DNA of 64,000 nucleotides from Pecten maximus (lineage: Eukaryota): positions 39,370,001 through 39,434,000 of the forward strand of contig NC_047017.1 in assembly GCF_902652985.1 (NCBI RefSeq), given 5' to 3'. Below, piece by piece: positions 27,901 to 42,900 of this stretch; position 1 is the first letter of the stretch; each line of letters begins with the position of its first letter. Under the pieces are notes generated by a model. That model searched no databases. It was not told where the DNA came from and saw nothing but the letters and a program-made list of their open reading frames with translations. The translations under genes and the position numbers were made by a program.

Positions 27901-30900
27901 TATAAACTAGGTCCCACTCTACAACAGGACATGTCTGGTATAAACTAGGTCCCACCCTACAACAGGACATGTCTGGTATAAACTATAGGTCCTACACTAC
28001 AACAGGACATGTCTGGTATAAACTAGGTCCCACTCTATAACAGGACATGTCTGGTATAAACTAGGTCCCACACTACAACAGGACATGTCTGGTATAAACT
28101 AGGTCCTACACTACAACAGGACATGTCTGGTATAAACTAGGTCCCACACTACAACAGGACATGTCTGGTATAAACTAGGTCCCACTCTACAACAGGACAT
28201 GTCTGGTATAAACTATAGGTCCCACTCTACAACAGGACACGTCTGGTATAAACTTGGTCCCACACTACAACAGGACATGACTGGTATAAACTAGGTCCCA
28301 CACTACAACAGGACATGACTGGTATAAACTATAGGTCCCACTCTACAACAGGACATGTCTGGTATAAACTAGGTCCCACACTACAACAGGACATGTCTGG
28401 TATAAACTAGGTCCCACTCTACAACAGGACACGTCTGGTATAAACTAGGTCCCACTCTACAACAGGACATGTCTGGTATAAACTAGGTCCCACTCTACAA
28501 CAGGACACGTCTAGTATAAACTAGGTCCCACTCTACAACAGGACATGTCTGGTATAAACTAGGTCCCACACTACAACAGGACACGTCTGGTATAAACTAG
28601 GTCCCACTCTACAACAGGACATGTCTGGTATAAACTAGGTCCCACACTACAACAGGACATGTCTGGTATAAACTAGGTCCCACTCTACAACAGGACATGT
28701 CTGGTATAAACTAGGTCCCACACTACAACAGGACATGTCTGGTATAAACTAGGTCCCACTCTACAACAGGACACGTCTGGTATAAACTAGGTCCCACACT
28801 ACAACAGGACATGTCTGGTATAAACTAGGTCCCACGCTACAACAGGACATGTCTGGTATAAACTAGGTCCCACTCTACAACAGGACACGTCTGGTATAAA
28901 CTAGGTCCCACACTACAACAGGACATGTCTGGTATAAACTAGGTCCCACTCTACAACAGGACATGTCTGGTATAAACTAGGTCCTACACTACAACAGGAC
29001 ATGTCTGGTATAAACTAGGTCCTACACTACAACAGGACATGTCTGGTATAAACTAGGTCCCACTCTACAACAGGACATGTCTGGTATAAACTAGGTCCCA
29101 CTCTACAACAGGACACGTCTGGTATAAACTAGGTCCCACACTACAACAGGACATGTCTGGTATAAACTAGGACCCACTGATCTACAACAGGACATGTCTG
29201 GTATAAACTAGGTCCCACACTACAACAGGACATGTCTGGTATAAACTAGGTCCCACTCTACAACAGGACATGTCTGGTATAAACTAGGTCCTACACTACA
29301 ACAGGACATGTCTGGTATAAACTAGGTCCCACACTACAACAGGACATGTCTGGTATAAACTAGGACCCACTGATCTACAACAGGACATGTCTGGTATAAA
29401 CTAGGTCCTACACTACAACAGGACATGTCTGTTATAAACTAGGTCCTACACTACAACAGGACATGTCTGGTATAAACTAGGTCCCACTCTACAACAGGAC
29501 ATGTCTGGTATAAACTAGGTCCCACACTACAACAGGACATGTCTGGTATAAACTAGGTCCCACTCTACAACAGGACATGTCTGGTATAAACTAGGTCCCA
29601 CACTACAACAGGACATGTCTGGTATAAACTAGGTCCCACTCTACAACAGGACATGTCTGGTATAAACTAGGTCCCACACTACAACAGGACATGTCTGGTA
29701 TAAACTAGGTCCCACTCTACAACAGGACATGTCTGGTATAAACTAGGTCCCACACTACAACAGGACATGTCTGGTATAAACTAGGTCCCACTCTACAACA
29801 GGACATGTCTGGTATAAACTAGGTCCCACTCTACAACAGGACATGTCTGGTATAAACTAGGTCCCACCTACAACAGGACATGTCTGGTATAAACTAGGTC
29901 CCACACTACAACAGGACATGTCTGGTATAAACTAGGTCCCACTCTACAACAGGACATGTCTGGTATAAACTAGGTCCCACTCTACAACAGGACATGTCTG
30001 GTATAAACTAGGTCCCACACTACAACAGGACATGTCTGGTATAAACTAGGTCCTACTCTACAACAGGACATGTCTGGTATAAACTAGGCCCTACACTACA
30101 ACAGGACATGTCTGGTATAAACTATAGGTCCCACTCTACAACAGGACATGTCTGGTATAAACTAGGTCCTACACTACAACAGGACATGTCTGGTATAAAC
30201 TAGGTCCCACTCTACAACAGGACATGTCTGGTATAAACTAGGTCCTACACTACAACAGGACATGTCTGGTATAAACTATAGGTCCCACTCTACAACAGGA
30301 CATGTCTGGTATAAACTAGGTCCCACTCTACAACAGGACACGTCTGGTATAAACTACGTCCCACTCTACAACAGGACATGTCTGTTATAAACTATAGGTC
30401 CCACTCTACAACAGGACATGTCTGGTATTAACTAGGTCCCATGCTACAACAGGACATGTCTGGTATAAACTAGGTCCTACTCTACAACAGGACATGTCTG
30501 GTATAAACTAGGTCCTACTCTACAACAGGACATGTCTGGTATAAACTAGGTCCTACAACAGGACATGTCTGGTATAAACTAGGTCCTACTCTACAACAGG
30601 ACATGTCTGGTATAAACTAGGTCCTACTCTACAACAGGACATGTCTGGTATAAACTATAGGTCCCACACTACAACAGGACATGTCTGGTATAAACTAGGT
30701 CCCACACTACAACAGGACATGTCTGGTATAAACTAGGTCCCACACTACAACAGGACATGTCTGGTATAAACTAGGTCCCACACTACAACAGGACATGTCT
30801 GGTATAAACTATAGGTCCCACTCTACAACAGGACATGTCTGGTATAAACTAGGTCCCACACTACAACAGGACATGTCTGGTATAAACTAGGTCCCACACT

Positions 30901-33900
30901 ACAACAGGACACGTCTGGTATAAACTAGGTCCCACACTACAACAGGACACGTCTGGTATAAACTAGGTCCCACACTACAACAGGACATGTCTGGTATAAA
31001 CTAGGTCCCACACTACAACAGGACATGTCTGGTATAAACTAGGTCCCACACTACAACAGGACATGTCTGGTATAAACTATAGGTCCCACTCTACAACAGG
31101 ACATGTCTGGTATAAACTATAGGTCCCACTCTACAACAGGACACGTCTAGTATAAACTAGGTCCTACACTACAACAGGACATGTCTGGTATAAACTAGGT
31201 CCTACACTACAACAGGACATGTCTGGTATAAACTAGGTCCTACACTACAACAGGACATGTCTGGTATAAACTAGGTCCTACAACATGACATGTCTGGTAT
31301 AAACTAGGTCCCACACTACAACAGGACACGTCTGGTATAAACTATAGGTCGCACTCTACAACAGGACATGTGAAAACATTGGCACGCGAATATTTCCACC
31401 AAATAAACTAAATACACTAATATCTAAGAGGCAAGTTCCTGGTAGTAAACCATGTCGTCCGTGATGTGTAACGCTGTATGGTCGGTCATGTGTTTGAGAC
31501 ATGGCTATACTAATTGGAGTAATGAGTGAACTGATAGTATTTTATCTTATTTAATGTTGATTGATCAATAAACTTTATACATTGTGTACCTACAGGCCCC
31601 AAAACAGCACACATTTCATTTGTGACAAAATAGATAAACTTGCTTGTATTAGAAATGTTAATGCTGAGTCTCCATGTGGTTATATGTTTTATTTGAATCG
31701 GAAACTATCGATAGTTAACTCTAATGAATGGTCCGTTTAATATATTGAAAATACGAAAGATCTGCTGTAGAAATAGGTCTATATATGTTGGTAAAATTAG
31801 GTCAGAAGATCAATATGTCTGCTTTTAAATTGCCAATTCGTATTAAATTACTACTAAACTTATTTGATACCTGCAAAATTAACTATCGCTAATTGAGACA
31901 CCTGAGATTGATTTGACTAGACATGAATGCTTATCACTTCACTCGGCATGACAGGACAGCTGATCCTTTCAACTTGACCGCGAGCGACTCCTCGCGTGGC
32001 CTGTCTACCTAGCTTGAAGGAGCAGGTTTACAGGTAATAATTTGATTGGAAATAATTAAGAGGTGTTCAGTCGCAATTAGATAATCAAAATACTTATTTA
32101 ACACAGCATTTGATAATATACGGATGATTTCTTAATTAACCATACAGTACGAGTACTGATAACATATCTTCAATGTAAAAAACTGAATCAATGCTAAAAT
32201 ATCTAATATTTATTAAAAAAAAAATTTCTGTCACATAGACGTAATGCAATGATCACACTTACGACCAATTAACCTAAACGTGTCTGTTGAATTTGGTATA
32301 TTTACTGGACCTATCGTTGCGAGCTTTCAATGGAGTTTGCCGAAAATTTTTACTTAATGTACATGGCCAATGACATCGAAGCACAAAAATATATTTTCAT
32401 CATGACTGACAGTGCGAAAATATCCACACTGTGAACAGTTTGGAGGCTGACTACGCGAAAATTTCAACGCGCGAAAATATCCACTTTTTCAGTATCCTAT
32501 TTTTGTGGATCTTCTTAGACTGTACAACATACACAAATAAAATGTGGCTCCTCATATATAATTTTGATAAAATTTGCACAATCTTTTTAAAGATATAGGG
32601 TTTCATATGACAGATGGATACTGTTTAAACATAAACTTCCAGAGCCGTTGGCCATGCTTAATCATATCAACAAAGTGTAAAATGCCTTCAAACCAACTTC
32701 TTTCCCCTAATCCCCATAATCTTCATGTGAAGCAAAACAATATCAAAATCAACAACATAATACAACAATTCTTTTCATAATAACATTATTTAACAAAGTA
32801 TTTCATGAAATAATAACTTACTTTTCATAACGATACATCCAATTTTCAAAAATGTGTTTGCCATTTTCAATAGTTGGTTTATGCCCAAATGCTAATGCTT
32901 GGTTAATCACTGCTGCTCGCAGAAATCTGGAAGACAACAAAATTAAGCCATTACCTGTTCATGAGAGATGACCTGTCACTCTAACTAATGTCCTGTCACA
33001 CTGATCTATGTCCTGTCACTCTGTCCCATGTCCTGTCACTATGTCCCATGTCCTGTCACTATGTCCCATGTCCTGTCAGTCTGACCCATGTCCTGTCACT
33101 CTGTCCCATGTCCTGTCACTATGTCCCATGTCCTGTCACTCTGACCCATGTCCTGTCATACTGACCCATGTCCTGTCACTATGTCCCATGTCCTGTCACT
33201 CTGACCCATGTCCTGTCACTATAACCCATGTCCTGTCACTCTGACCCATGTACTGTCACACTGATCTATGTCCTGTCACTCTGTCCCATGTCCTGTCACT
33301 ATGTCCCATGTCCTGTCACTATGTCCCATGTCCTGTCACTATGTCCCATGTCCTGTCAGTCTGACCCATGTCCTGTCACTCTGTCCCATGTCCTGTCACT
33401 ATGACCCATGTACTGTCACTCTGACCCATGTCCTGTCACACTGACCCATGTCCTGTCACTCTGTCCTGTCACTATGTCCCATGTCCTGTCAGTCTGACCC
33501 ATGTCCTGTCACTCTGACCCATGTCCTGTCACTCTGACCCATGTCCTGTCACTCTGACCCATGTCCTGTCACTCTGACCCATGTACTGTCACACTGACCC
33601 ATGTCCTGTCACTCTGACCCATGTCCTGTCACTCTGATCCATGTCCTGTCACTATAACCCATGTCCTGTCACTCTGATCCATGTCCTGTCACTATAACCC
33701 ATGTCCTGTCACTCTGATCCATGTCCTGTCACACTGTCCCATGTCCTGTCACTCTGACCCATGTCCTGTCACACTGTCCCATGTCCTGTCACTCTGACCC
33801 ATATCCTGTCACTCTGTCCCATGTCCTGTCACTATAACCCATGTCCTGTCACTCTGATCCATGTCCTGTCACTATAACCCATGTCCTGTCACTCTGACCC

Positions 33901-36900
33901 ATGTCCTGTCATTATGACCCATGTCCTGTCACTCTGTCCCATGTCCTGTCACTCTGACCCATGTCCTGTCATTATGACCCATGTCCTGTCACTCTGACCC
34001 ATGTCCTGTCACTCTGATCCATGTCCTGTCACTATAACCCATGTCCTGTCACTCTGATCCATGTCCTGTCACTATAACCCATGTCCTGTCACTCTGACCC
34101 ATGTCCTGTCACTCTGTCCCATGTTCTGTCACTCTGACCCATGTCCTGTCACTCTGACCCATGTCCTGTCATTATGACCCATGTCCTGTCACTCTGACCC
34201 ATGTCCTGTCACTCTTACCTATGTCCTGTCACTCTGACCCATGTCCTGTCACTCTGTCCTGTCACTCTGTCCCATGTTCTGTCACTCTGACCCATGTCCT
34301 GTCACTCTGACCCATGTCCTGTCATTATGACCCATGTCCTGTCACTCTGACCCATGTCCTGTCACTCTGACCCATGTCCTGTCATTATGACCTATGTCCT
34401 GTCACACTGACCATGTCCCTTCACTCTGACCCATGTCCTGTCACTCTGACCCATGTCCTGTCACTCTGACCCATGTCCTGTCACTCTGACCCATGTCCTG
34501 TCACTCTGACCCATATCCTGTCACTCTGACCCATGTCCTGTCACTCTGACCCATGTCCTGTCACTCTTACCTATGTCCTGTCACTCTGACCCATGTCCTG
34601 TCACTATAACCCATGTCCTGTCATTCTGACCCATGTCCTGTCACTCTGACCCATATCCTGTTACTCTGACCTATGTCCTGTCACACTGACCCATGTCCTG
34701 TCACTATAACCCATGTCCTGTCATTATGACCCATGTCCTGTCATTATGACCCATGTCCTGTCATTATGACCCATGTCCTGTCACTCTGACCCATGTCCTG
34801 TCACTCTGACCCATATCCTGTCACTCTTACCTATGTCCTGTCACTCTGACCCATATCCTGTTACTCTGACCTATGTCCTGTCACACTGACCCATGTCCTG
34901 TCACTATAACCCATGTCCTGTCACTCTGTCCCATGTCCTGTCACTCTGACCCATGTCCTGTCACTCTGACCCATATCCTGTCACTCTGACCCATGTCCTG
35001 TCACTCTGACCCATGTCCTGTCACTCTGACCCATGTCCTGTCACTATAACCCATATCCTGTCACTCTGACCTATGTCCTGTCACTCTGACCCATATCCTG
35101 TCACTCTGACCCATATCCTGTCACTCTGACCCATATCCTGTTACTCTGACCTATGTCCTGTCACACTGACCGATGTCCTGTCACTATAACCCATGTCCTG
35201 TCACTCTGACCCATGTCCTGTCACTCTGACCCATGTCCTGTCACTATAACCCATATCCTGTCACTCTGACCCATGTCCTGTCACTCTGACCCATGTCCCT
35301 TCACTCTTACCTATGTCCTGTTACTCTGACCCATGTCCTGTCACTATAACCCATATCCTGTCACTATAACCCATATCCTGTCACTCTGACCTATGTCCTG
35401 TCACTCTGACCCATGTCCTGTCACTATAACCCATATCCTGTCACTCTGACCGATGTCCTGTCACTCTGACCCATATCCTGTTACTCTGACCTATGTCCTG
35501 TCACACTGACCCATGTCCTGTCACTATAACCCATGTCCTGTCACTCTGACCCATGTCCTGTCACACTGACCCATGTCCTGTCACACTGACCCATGTCCTG
35601 TCACACTGACCCATGTCCTGTCACTATAACCCATATCCTGTCAATCTGACCCATGTACTGTCACTCTGACCCATGTCCTGTCACTCTGTCCCATGTCCTG
35701 TCACTATAACCCATGTCCTGTCACTAATACCCATGTTAGTCTTCTACATATTAGCTAAAATCTTTCAATGTAACTCCATGTACATGATAAGCTTGATGCA
35801 TCATCATTTATAGTTACTGTACTGCCAAAGTCACATATTGACATGAATTTTATAAAAACAGATTTCTCCACACTTAAAAGCAAAGCAGTCTCCCCATATG
35901 ATCCTGGTGCAACATTTACAACCAGGGGGAACCGCATAAACCCAGGAACATCACATAGACCCAGGGGAATAACATAAACCCAGGGGAATCACATAGACCC
36001 AGGAACATCACATAGACCCAGGAACATCACATAGACCCAGGAACATCACATAGACCCAGGGGAATCACATAAACCCAGGAACATCACATAGACCCAGGGG
36101 AATCACATAGACCCAGGAACATCACATAGACCCAGGAACATCACATAGACCCAGGGGAATCACATAGACCCAGGAACATCACATAGACCCAGGGGAATCA
36201 CATAGACCCAGGAACATCACATAGACCCAGGGGAATCACATAAACCCAGGAACATCACATAGACCCAGGGGAATCACATAGACCCAGGAACATCACATAG
36301 ACCCAGGGGAATCACATAGACCCAGGAACATCACATAGACCCAGGGGAATCACATAAACCCAGGAACATCACATAGACCCAGGAACATCACATAGACCCA
36401 GGGGAATCACATAAATATATATACTAGTATGTGTGTCTTTTTGTTTACACATTGTTACAACTTAGTAACTTCAGGTTATACAATTTGTTTTCATTTCTGT
36501 GAAAATGGAGAAAATTCTTATGAGTGAAAGTGATGTTTCACTTCAAGAGTGTTAATCACTAGTGAAAGATACACTTTCCAGACAACTACTATGAAAACAC
36601 AGATGACTGTATATAATAAGATCAGATACCTTGATACAAAAGGATATGGAATATATCAGTATTGCTAAACTTGCAAATCTGGACACATTTTACATTTTCA
36701 CGAAGATGCAGTGTAGGTAATATCTTGTTGGCATTATCAACAGTCAGATACGTATAGTGTCAGAATACTTACTTGTCCAGCTGTGGCCCTGTGTCCTGCC
36801 AGCCAAGTTTTTCCAGTACATGTTTCATCAAAGCTTACAGTGTATTTCTGCAACATATAGCACACATAGACTAGTTATTTTATTAACTTTTAGTTTCTTT

Positions 36901-39900
36901 ATGTGACAATCTTAGAGTGTATGTCTGTGATTACACAGTCAACATCTAACACCTATGTTAATTGCAATGTATTACTACATACATTTATTTCTTTAAACTC
37001 TTACTGCCTTTGGTACACTCAAAATATCTCCCACAAAAAATAATAATCAATACATGTACATGCATACAGAAACAACAATTAGTGGAACCATGGTTTCAAA
37101 CTTTTCGAGACTTTTTCCAAAGTAAATTAATGAACTTGTCCTTTAAATTGAATATAACATGAACAAGAATGTAAGGTCTGTTTTAGAAAAGATTTGTTTT
37201 TTGTAAACCTTAAACAAACCTAATCCAAGTTTTCTATGCAATTCTAGAGATCATAAGAATATACTTTGACAAAAAGTTTAGTAACATCAATTTCATTCTG
37301 AATCCTAGATTAATAGTAGTCAGCACATACTGAAGCTATCGATAGGATGTAAAGACTGGGGTATGTAATGTTACAACAGAACAAACCTGGAGCTTGTCAT
37401 AAACAGCTTTACTTCGGAGACGTTCTCCAATGTAATTCAGACAATCAAGTGCTACACTCCAGGGGAGATAATCCTGTTCATTTAGAAGGTACTTAGTCAT
37501 GTCTAAGGCAAGGGTTTGTGGTACCTTTTTAGCCCTTGAATGTAAAAAGTGATAAAAACCAAAATGTATCATAATTAATATAAATCAGTATTATGATAAA
37601 TTACCAAAACAATCGGACCATATAATTTATATTATTTGCAAGTACAGTATGAGAGCCCTCCTGTGTGAGGACAACACTATTGTTCGGGGAGATGAACCCA
37701 GGGCTCCCCAACCCTGGCAACTATCAAATACAGAAGTGTGTATACAATTACTGCTTAGCCATAAATGTATACACACATCTAGGATATTTCCAGCTAGGGG
37801 AATAGGATTTTTGTACCGTGAAAAAAAAAAAAAAAAAAAAATCAATTGGACCCATAAATGGAGGCACTTCCATGTAACTGATAAGTAGTTATATGACTTC
37901 ATATCAAGGTGACCAGCGCACATCAGTCACAAGTGGTTTCTTATCAAAGCCTGGTTTCTTTGAAATCAATAAGTTTGTGAAATTTTATTTAATAAACACC
38001 ATTTTACTACAGATCATGATAATGCTTACCTGGCCAGGTTACACACATCATCTATTAGACCTGCTCGGTCAGCTGCTGAAAACACCTGGAAAACGATCAC
38101 ACGATTATTAATCATTATAATTCAAAATGATGTCAAATCTTTGTGAACAAGGTGCATGAAGCATCTCCAGTAAAAACCATTAAGAGAGAATACAGATTTA
38201 TATAAATCCCTTTTAGCTTGTCAACTCCACCAAATGTTACACAATCTACTCTGGTGAATTTGATCTTGTACAGCTAAAATTAAAATATTCAGGCTCATAC
38301 TTACTGTAAAGTGCTTATATTTCGTGGGGGTTTATATTTTGCTATATTCGTAGTTTGCTGTCAAAGCCCAAATTCAAAACCTCAGCGAAAATTGTGTTTA
38401 TAGGTCAGCCATTTTCACTATCAATATTTGATGAGCGTACGATGTATACCAATGAACTCGTACCTCCTATTGTGTTTGTATACATGCACACATGATTTTG
38501 TCTTCAATAATTCATATACTGTAGATCTATTATAAAATACACAAGGTTTGGTTTTAAATCCCAATTTGCACCGTTTCGAAACCGATGTAGCGCAAAATTA
38601 AGACCCCATGAATAAGTTCCTGGTACAAAAATGCGAAAATTTGACACAGCAAAAGTAAAGCACTTTACTGTAACAGTATGTGAAAGCATGCTACTATAAA
38701 AAGCTTTGTGACATCAATACACTGTCAACAAGAGTGCATATTATCCATGTAAAATTTCATTACTAAATTTTAAATTAGACTATATGAGTTATGGAGCTAT
38801 TGTATAGTTCTAAAAAAAGACTTTGACCTTGACATACTATATTCTTTGCTAACAGTGACATACCGTGTGGTTTTCATTGAGTTGTTTTATAAGAGCTCGC
38901 CAGTTTCTCTCCTCGTAGTTGACACGGTAGTAACCATACATCCCATAATTACCCTTCAGCCATTTTACTTGGTCATGATCAGCTGGAAACTTCACTGCAA
39001 ATAAAATGTTATCATTCTATGACATAGAGATATTGTTTACACTTTTTATATTAAGTATACTGATTCCATATTTATCCTACATCCAAACCAAGGTGAGAAC
39101 ACCTGACTTCCCAGAGTTTTATTACTTGGATTATTATAGGACAATGAATTACACTTGTTGATAATTTTACTTTACATCAATATAATTATATGGGTGGACT
39201 TATCACAGGACAATAACTTATGAAATTACATTAGTTGATAATTATATGGGTGGACTTATCACAGGACAATAATTTATAAAATTACATTTGTTGATAATTT
39301 TACTTTACATCAATATAATTATAGGGGTGGACTTATCACAGGACAATAATTTATGAAATTAAATTTTGTTGATAATTTTACTTTACATCAATATATATGT
39401 GTAAACTTAAAATTATTACCAGACAGGTTCTATAATAATCAGATTTATAACATAACCCAGAGAATCATGAAGACTTTTGGAACACTTCTTTATCTTTGGT
39501 CCTGAATCGATCCTCATCATATCTCCACCAACTAATTGGATATTTTGTTGTTAGGAAAATTCATTACTTTTTGGTCAAAATGAGGTGTTAACTTGGTTGC
39601 TAGGATGGAATAACTCTATTTCACATACTCCACAAGGTAATCATGTGGTTGCCAGGGATGGAATAACTCTATTTCACATACTCCACAGATGATCATGTGG
39701 CTGCTAGGGATGGGATTAATAGAATCTTTCCCCCCTTTTGGGGTGAGATAGGGGATCTCAACCTGAGGAGGAGATTGTTAAATTCCCAAACACGAGGCTT
39801 GCCGATATAATTATAATTAATACCTAATTTAATTTAAACATTTTCACTATGTTTTAAAGCTTCCCCAAAGAGTATGCACTACTGTAGATATTTATAATAT

Positions 39901-42900
39901 ATTTACTGACCTCCAGAGTCTGGGTGTATGGTGAGGAGTTGGTTGGAGATACCACTTGTCTTTGCCACAGCATACCTGAATGGTATATTCCACTTGTAAC
40001 TGTCAATATCAAACACACATACAGTGTTATCAAACAGTTAACTTAGTAGTAAGTAAAACACACATACAGTGTTATCAAACAGTTCACTTAGTAGTTAGTA
40101 AAACACACATAGTGAAGTAGTTAGTAAAACAACATGTGTTATCAACAGTTAACTTAGTAGGTAGTTAAAACACACATACAGTGTTATTTCAAACAGTTCA
40201 ATTAGAGTTAGTAAAACACATACAGTGTTCAAAACAGTTCACTTAGTAGTTAGTAAACACACATACAGTGTTATCAAACAGTTAACTTAGTAGTTAGTAA
40301 AACACATACAGTGTTATCAAACAGTTAACTTAGTAGTAAGTAAAACACACATACAGTGTTATCAAACAGTTCACTTAGTAGTTAGTAAAACACATACAGT
40401 GTTATCAAACAGTTAACTTAGTAGTTAGTAAAACACACATACAGTGTTATCAAACAGTTAACTTAGTAGTTAGTAAAACACACATACAGTGTTATCAAAC
40501 AGTTAACTTAGTAGTTAGTAAAACACACATACAGTGTTATCAAACAGTTAACTTAGTAGTTAGTAAAACACATACAGTGTTATCAAACAGTTAACTTTGT
40601 AGTTAGTAAAACACACATACAGTGTTATCAAACAGTTAACTTAGTAGTTAGTAAAACACACATACAGTGTTATCAAACAGTTAACTAAGTAGTTAGTAAA
40701 ACACACATACAGTGTTATCAAACAGTTAACTTAGTAGTTAGTAAAACACACATACAGTGTTATTAAACAGTTAACTTAGTAGTTAGTAAAACACACATAC
40801 AGAGTTATCAAACAGTTAACTTAGTAGTTAGTAAAACACACATACAGTGTTATTAAACAGTTAACCAAGTAGTTAGTAAAACACACATAGTGTTATCAAA
40901 CAGTTAACTTAGTAGTTAGTAAAACACACATAGTGTTATCAAACAGTTAACTAAGTAGTTAGTAAAACATACATACAGTGTTATCAAACAGTTAACTTTG
41001 TAGTTAGTAAAACACACATACAGTGTTATCAAACAGTTAACTTAGTAGTTAGTAAAACACACATACAGAGTTATCAAACAGTTAACTTAGTAGTAGTTAG
41101 TAAAACACACATACAGTGTTATCAAACAGTTAACTTAGTAGTAGTTAGTAAAACACACATACAGTGTTATCAAACAGTTAACTTAGTAGTAGTTAGTAAA
41201 ACACACATACAGTGTTATCAAACAGTTAACTTTAGTAGTTAGTAAAACACACATACAGTGTTATCAAACAGTTAACTTAGTAGTTAGTAAAACACACATA
41301 CAGTGTTATCAAACAGTTAACTTTGTAGTTAGTAAAACACACATACAGTGTTATCAAACAGTTAACTTTGTAGTTAGTAAAACTTTGTCAGTGATTCATG
41401 CATCTAGATGGGTTTTATTATTCTTGTTTGAAGAAGATATTTCAAAAAAAAAAAATGGTTAAATTTGCAAAAATCTTGACTTTTTTCTCTTTAATTAATA
41501 ACACCAAGGCAAATCATGTGTTAAACTATAGATCCTGACTAACAAAGTTGTGTAGTAGATTTTTAATATTTGTTTACTTGAATGGGCTTGGGTATTTCTC
41601 TTTCGTCTTAACATCTGAGCTTAGAAGGAATCGCTCTTGTGTGACCTGTACAAACTCTCCAGTGTGGTTCATTGTGATGACTGGGTAACCCATCTGTTTG
41701 GTCCAGGTATCCATTGTGGTGGACACGTTAATCTGTGTGAAGTCCTGAAAATATTCAGTTAGTGTGTTATCAAATTACAGGAAAGAAAGATATGAAAACC
41801 TTGCGTTGTTTTCACCTTACACTAGTGCTTCCTTCACAATATGATATGTATCGTGATACTTGTCTCACGGTACGATACGTATCACGGTACATTTACAGCA
41901 TGACCCATGAGTTTATCCTGTCAGGGGTAAAATGTAACGTTACCCCTCCTCTGAAAATTGGAGGGATTCAAACATAAATCAAGGAGTACTATCACGAATT
42001 CACTTATCAAGGTTACTTATTTGTACAAATTTAGCCATCACATTACAGCTGTAATTATAAAAATGTTAATAAAATTTAATTTTAAAAAGATTGACTCTTA
42101 GAAGTTTTGACATGCTTATTATTAGCAATTAGGCATTTTGACAATTGTCACATTGGGTTAATATATGTTTTACAAAGATTAATTGTTTTTCTTCTTAAAT
42201 TATCTAATTTAAATCTTAAATTATTTTGTTTTCAATTATAATTCTACTCAATTTCCAATTGATATGGGTCTGTTCATTTGAGGACAAACCGGTCCGTCAG
42301 TATTTGAATGTAATATTTCAAACATATACAGTCCCATCTTAACGGACTTGCAAATGTTAATACAGGCCTAAGAAGTCTTTGTCAAGGCTCATCAGAAAGT
42401 AATATAAAATCACCAGGTCTGTCTTTATTTCATAAACTAACAACACTGGTCAAACTGTTAGGACCACAAAAAACGAAAACGGTCCTCATATTCATGAATG
42501 AACATTTTTCTTATGTGGACGGCTCCAGGATTTACGCAGCATAAACATGACTGGTGTACGCTGTACGATCTGTAGCAAAATTACGCCTTTAATGAAGTAG
42601 CAAGAAACATAATTCAGGTTAGGAAATAATCAGCCAATCAAAATACAGGATTCCTGACAGTAGATGGAGAAGACTTTGTCTCAACAATTTTGATTCTTAA
42701 ATGATTTTAAATAAATCTAAACCACCTGTTTCAGTTACAAGGATCTAGAGAAGTTTCTATGTACGTACACAATGTATATGTAATTTAAATGAGTGATACA
42801 AATTTCAGTGCAGATAATCGGAAATGGCCTGAACAGTGCACGTACCGTGATGCGAGATCAAAATACCATGAACCGAACCGTGCCATTTATACCGCGATAT

